Positions 61,011 to 64,000 of a DNA stretch of 64,000 bases are shown here, in pieces (within the stretch, counting starts at the first letter, position 1; the number at the start of each line of letters is the position of its first letter). A program made the position numbers and the translations under genes. The notes beneath the pieces are model-generated. The model was not told the origin of the DNA. It did not search any database and was given only the letters and a program-made list of their open reading frames with translations. The DNA lies in the NCBI RefSeq assembly GCF_963921235.1, contig NC_086123.1, forward strand, positions 18,042,001-18,106,000, read 5' to 3'. Source of the DNA: Mobula hypostoma. Its lineage: Eukaryota.

Positions 61011-64000
61011 GCTTCTTCGAGTGCAAGAAGGATGAGACTGCGCAGGCACGTGACGTCAACAGGACAGCACGGAGAATTTAAGAAGGAAAGTTGCTACCAA
61101 CGGTGTCTTTTGGATCGGGACTACAGAGCGTCGTGGGATCTGAATTCTGAAGGAAGGCAGTTTTTTAAAAAACTTCTTCGAGTGCAAGAAGGACGAGACT
61201 GCGCAGGCACATGACGTCAACAGGACAGCACAGAGAGTTTAAAAAGGAGACCACCCTATACAGCGGACAGCTGTCGGAGCGGGCAGCGGAGTGAGTGGCA
61301 GCAGAGAGTAGGGCTTTGGCTTCAACGAGCTTTGGCGGTAAACGGGAAGAGGCGAAAGCAAAGCACCAATTTTTTTTCCCGCCCCCCCCCCACCCGTGAA
61401 TCGGCCCAGACAGACAGGAACAGCAGGGCTCTCACAGGCAACGGTTTAAAAAGTTCATCTGTTTGGCGAGGTAAGTGGGTGAGTAGACTTATTTTTACTG
61501 TTTCATTCATGTAGAATTAGATAGCATGCCTGCAGGGTTAGTGCTTTGTTCAGGGTGTCAAATGTGGGAATCCTGGGAGACCTCCAACCTCCCTGATGGC
61601 CACATCTGCGCCAGGTGCACCGAGATGCAGCTCCTCAGAGACCGTGTTAGGGATCTGGAGCTGCGGCTTGATGACCTACTGCTTATCAGGGAAAGTGAAG
61701 AGGTGATAGACAGGAGCTACAGGGAGGTGTCACCCCTAGGCTACAGGGGTCAGAAAACTGGGTCACTATCTAGAGAGGGAAGGGAAATGCCCAGATGGTG
61801 GACAGCACACCTGTGGCTGTCCCCCTCAGCAACAAATATCTTGTTCTGGATGCTGCAGAGGGGGATGACCTAACAGGGGATGCCCACGGTGACTGAGTCT
61901 CTGGCACTGAGCCTGGTGCTGTTGTGCAGGAGAGAAGGAGGGAGAACAGGAATGCGGTAGTCATAGGGGATTCCATTGTCAGGGGAACGGACAGGAGATT
62001 CTGTGAGCCTGATATAGATACTCACATGATGTGTTGCATCCCAGGTGCCAGGGTACGGGATGTCTCGGATCGGGTCCTGAATATTCTAAAGGGGGACGGT
62101 GAGCAGCCAGTTGTCTTGGTACATGTTGGTACCAATGACATAGATAGGACAAAGGAGGAGGTCCTGAAGAGAGATTTCCAGGAGTTAGGAAGGAAGCTGA
62201 GAAGCAGGACCTCCAGGGTTTAATCTCGGGATTGCTACCTGTGCCACGTGCTAGCGAGGGCAAGAATAGTCAGATCAGGCAGGTGAATGCGTGGCTGAGA
62301 GACTGGTGCAGGGGGCAGGGCTTCAGATTTTTGGATAATTGAGATCTCTTCTGGGAGAAGTATGACCTGTTCAAAAAGGACAGGTTACACCTGAACCCGA
62401 AGGGGACCAATATCCAGGCGGGAAAGTTTAATCGAGCTGTTAGGGAGGGTTTAAACTAATTTGGCAGGGGGATGGGAACCGGAATGCCAGAGTGGAGGAA
62501 GGGGAAAACAGAAATAAATCTAAGATGTCAGGAAAGACAGGCAGGTGATGGGGCAAATTTGTAGCCATTGGGATGAGTTGCAGTGCAATAAAGTTGCAGC
62601 GAAATCAAAGCGAAAAGTACCAAATACTGGTCTTAAGGTGTTCTACTTAAATACACGCTGTATAAGGAATAAGGTGGATGATCTTGTCGTACAGCTACAG
62701 ATGGGCAGGTATGATATTGTGGCCATCACTGAGACCTGGCTAAATGATGCATGTCTCTGGGAGCTGAATGTCCAAGGATACACGGTGTATCGGAAGGATA
62801 GGAAGGTAGGCAGAGGGGGAGGCATGGCTTTATTGGTAAGAAATGATATTAAATCATTAGAAAGAGGTGATATAGGATCAGAAGGTGCAGAATCTTTATG
62901 GGTTGAGCTAAGAAATCGCAGGGGTAAAAGGACCCTGATGGCAGTTATTTATAGGCCTCCAAACAGTTGCAGTGATGTGGACTATAAACTACAACAGGAA
63001 ATAGAAGGGCAGTGATATTTGTGGGGATTTTAACATGCAAGTGGATTGGGAAAATCAGGTTGGCACTGGATCTCAAGAGAGAGAATTTGTAGAATGTCTG
63101 CGAGATGGCTTTTTAGAACAGCTTGTTGTTGAGCCCACTAGGGGATCGGCTTTACTGGATTGGGTATAGTGTAATGAACCAGAGGTGATTAGAGAAATTG
63201 AGGTGAAGGAACCTTTAGGACGCAGTGATCATAACATGATTGAGTTCACTGTGAAATTTGAAAAAGAGAGGCTGAAATCTGATGTGTCGGTATTTCAGTG
63301 GAGTAAAGGAAATTACAGTGGCATGAGAGAGGAACTGGCCAAAGTTGACTGGAAAGGGACATTGGCGGGAAAGACAGCAGAGCAGCAGTGGCTGGAGTTT
63401 ATGTGAGAAGTGAGGAAGGAGCAAGACAGGTATATTCCAAAAAAGAAGAAATTTTCGAATGGAAAAAGTATGCAACCGTGGTTGACAAGAGAAGTCAAAG
63501 CCAAAGTTAAAGCAAAGGAGAGGGCATACAAGGAAGCAAAAATTATTGGGAAGACAGAGGATTGGGAAGTTTTTAAAAGCTTACAAAAGGAAACTAAGAA
63601 GGTCATTAAGAGGGAAAAGATTAACTATGAAAGGAAGCTAGCAAATAATATCAAAGAGGATACTAAAAGCTTTTTCAAGTATATAAAGAGTAAAAGATAG
63701 TTGAGAGTAGATATAGGACCGATAGAAAATGATGCTGGAGAAATTGTAATGGGAGATAAGGAGATGGCAGAGGAACTGAATGAATATTTTGCATCAGTCT
63801 TCACTGAGGAAGACATCAGCAGTATACCGGACACTCAAGGGTGGCAAGGAAGAGAAGTGTGCGCAGTCACTATTATGACAGAGAAAGTACTCAGGAAGCT
63901 GAATAGTCTAAAGGTAGATAAATCTCCCGGAACAGATGGAATGCACCCATGTGTTCTGAAGGAAGTAGCTGTGGAGATTGGGGAGGCATTAGCGATGATC
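61011..64000 (+). mobile_element. CR1 LINE with 5' UTR, ORF1 (zinc finger, leucine zipper, SGNH esterase) and ORF2 endonuclease; disrupted; runs off the window
   Basis: CSGCQMW...HICARC, LRDRVRDLELRLDDL, VVIGDSIVRG, VHVGTND, LHLNPKG; YLNTRCIRNK, AITETWL, YRPPN, SDHNMI. Confidence 0.95.

Noticed and set aside
61465-61520. Mini-intron before CR1 ORF1 (GTAAGT...TAG)
   Set aside because: Only ~44 nt, below the usual vertebrate minimum; no other support.

Overview
Repeat-rich vertebrate DNA. The repeat families suggest a cartilaginous fish, probably a ray or skate (inference from CR1 elements with (TTCTATGT)n tails, V-SINE/HE1-like SINEs, Rex1/Babar, Penelope with hammerhead motifs, and Mag- and Gmr1-type Gypsy elements). 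The only intact host genes I can support are three tandem, single-exon, minus-strand HCAR/OXER1-like class A GPCRs of 348 aa each (29521-30567, 39264-40310, 50185-51231). They lie in a ~28.4-54.8 kb segmentally duplicated array that also holds two gene-less units made by a microhomology-bounded ~2.7 kb deletion, plus a fold-back Tc1 palindrome upstream of the genes. The third receptor has lost two conserved structural residues. The most unusual element is a Gypsy LTR retrotransposon (9524-13977, minus strand) in which most of pol is replaced by an apparently intronless RRM-coding fragment of the host splicing factor RBM25. Also present: a palindromic mariner MITE, a decayed full-length Tc1, Penelope elements with minimal hammerhead ribozymes, solo LTRs with target-site duplications (TSDs), a Gmr1-like Gypsy with integrase before RT, and the 5' part of a CR1 that runs off the window. 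All calls come from reading the sequence by eye; boundaries of decayed repeats are approximate.
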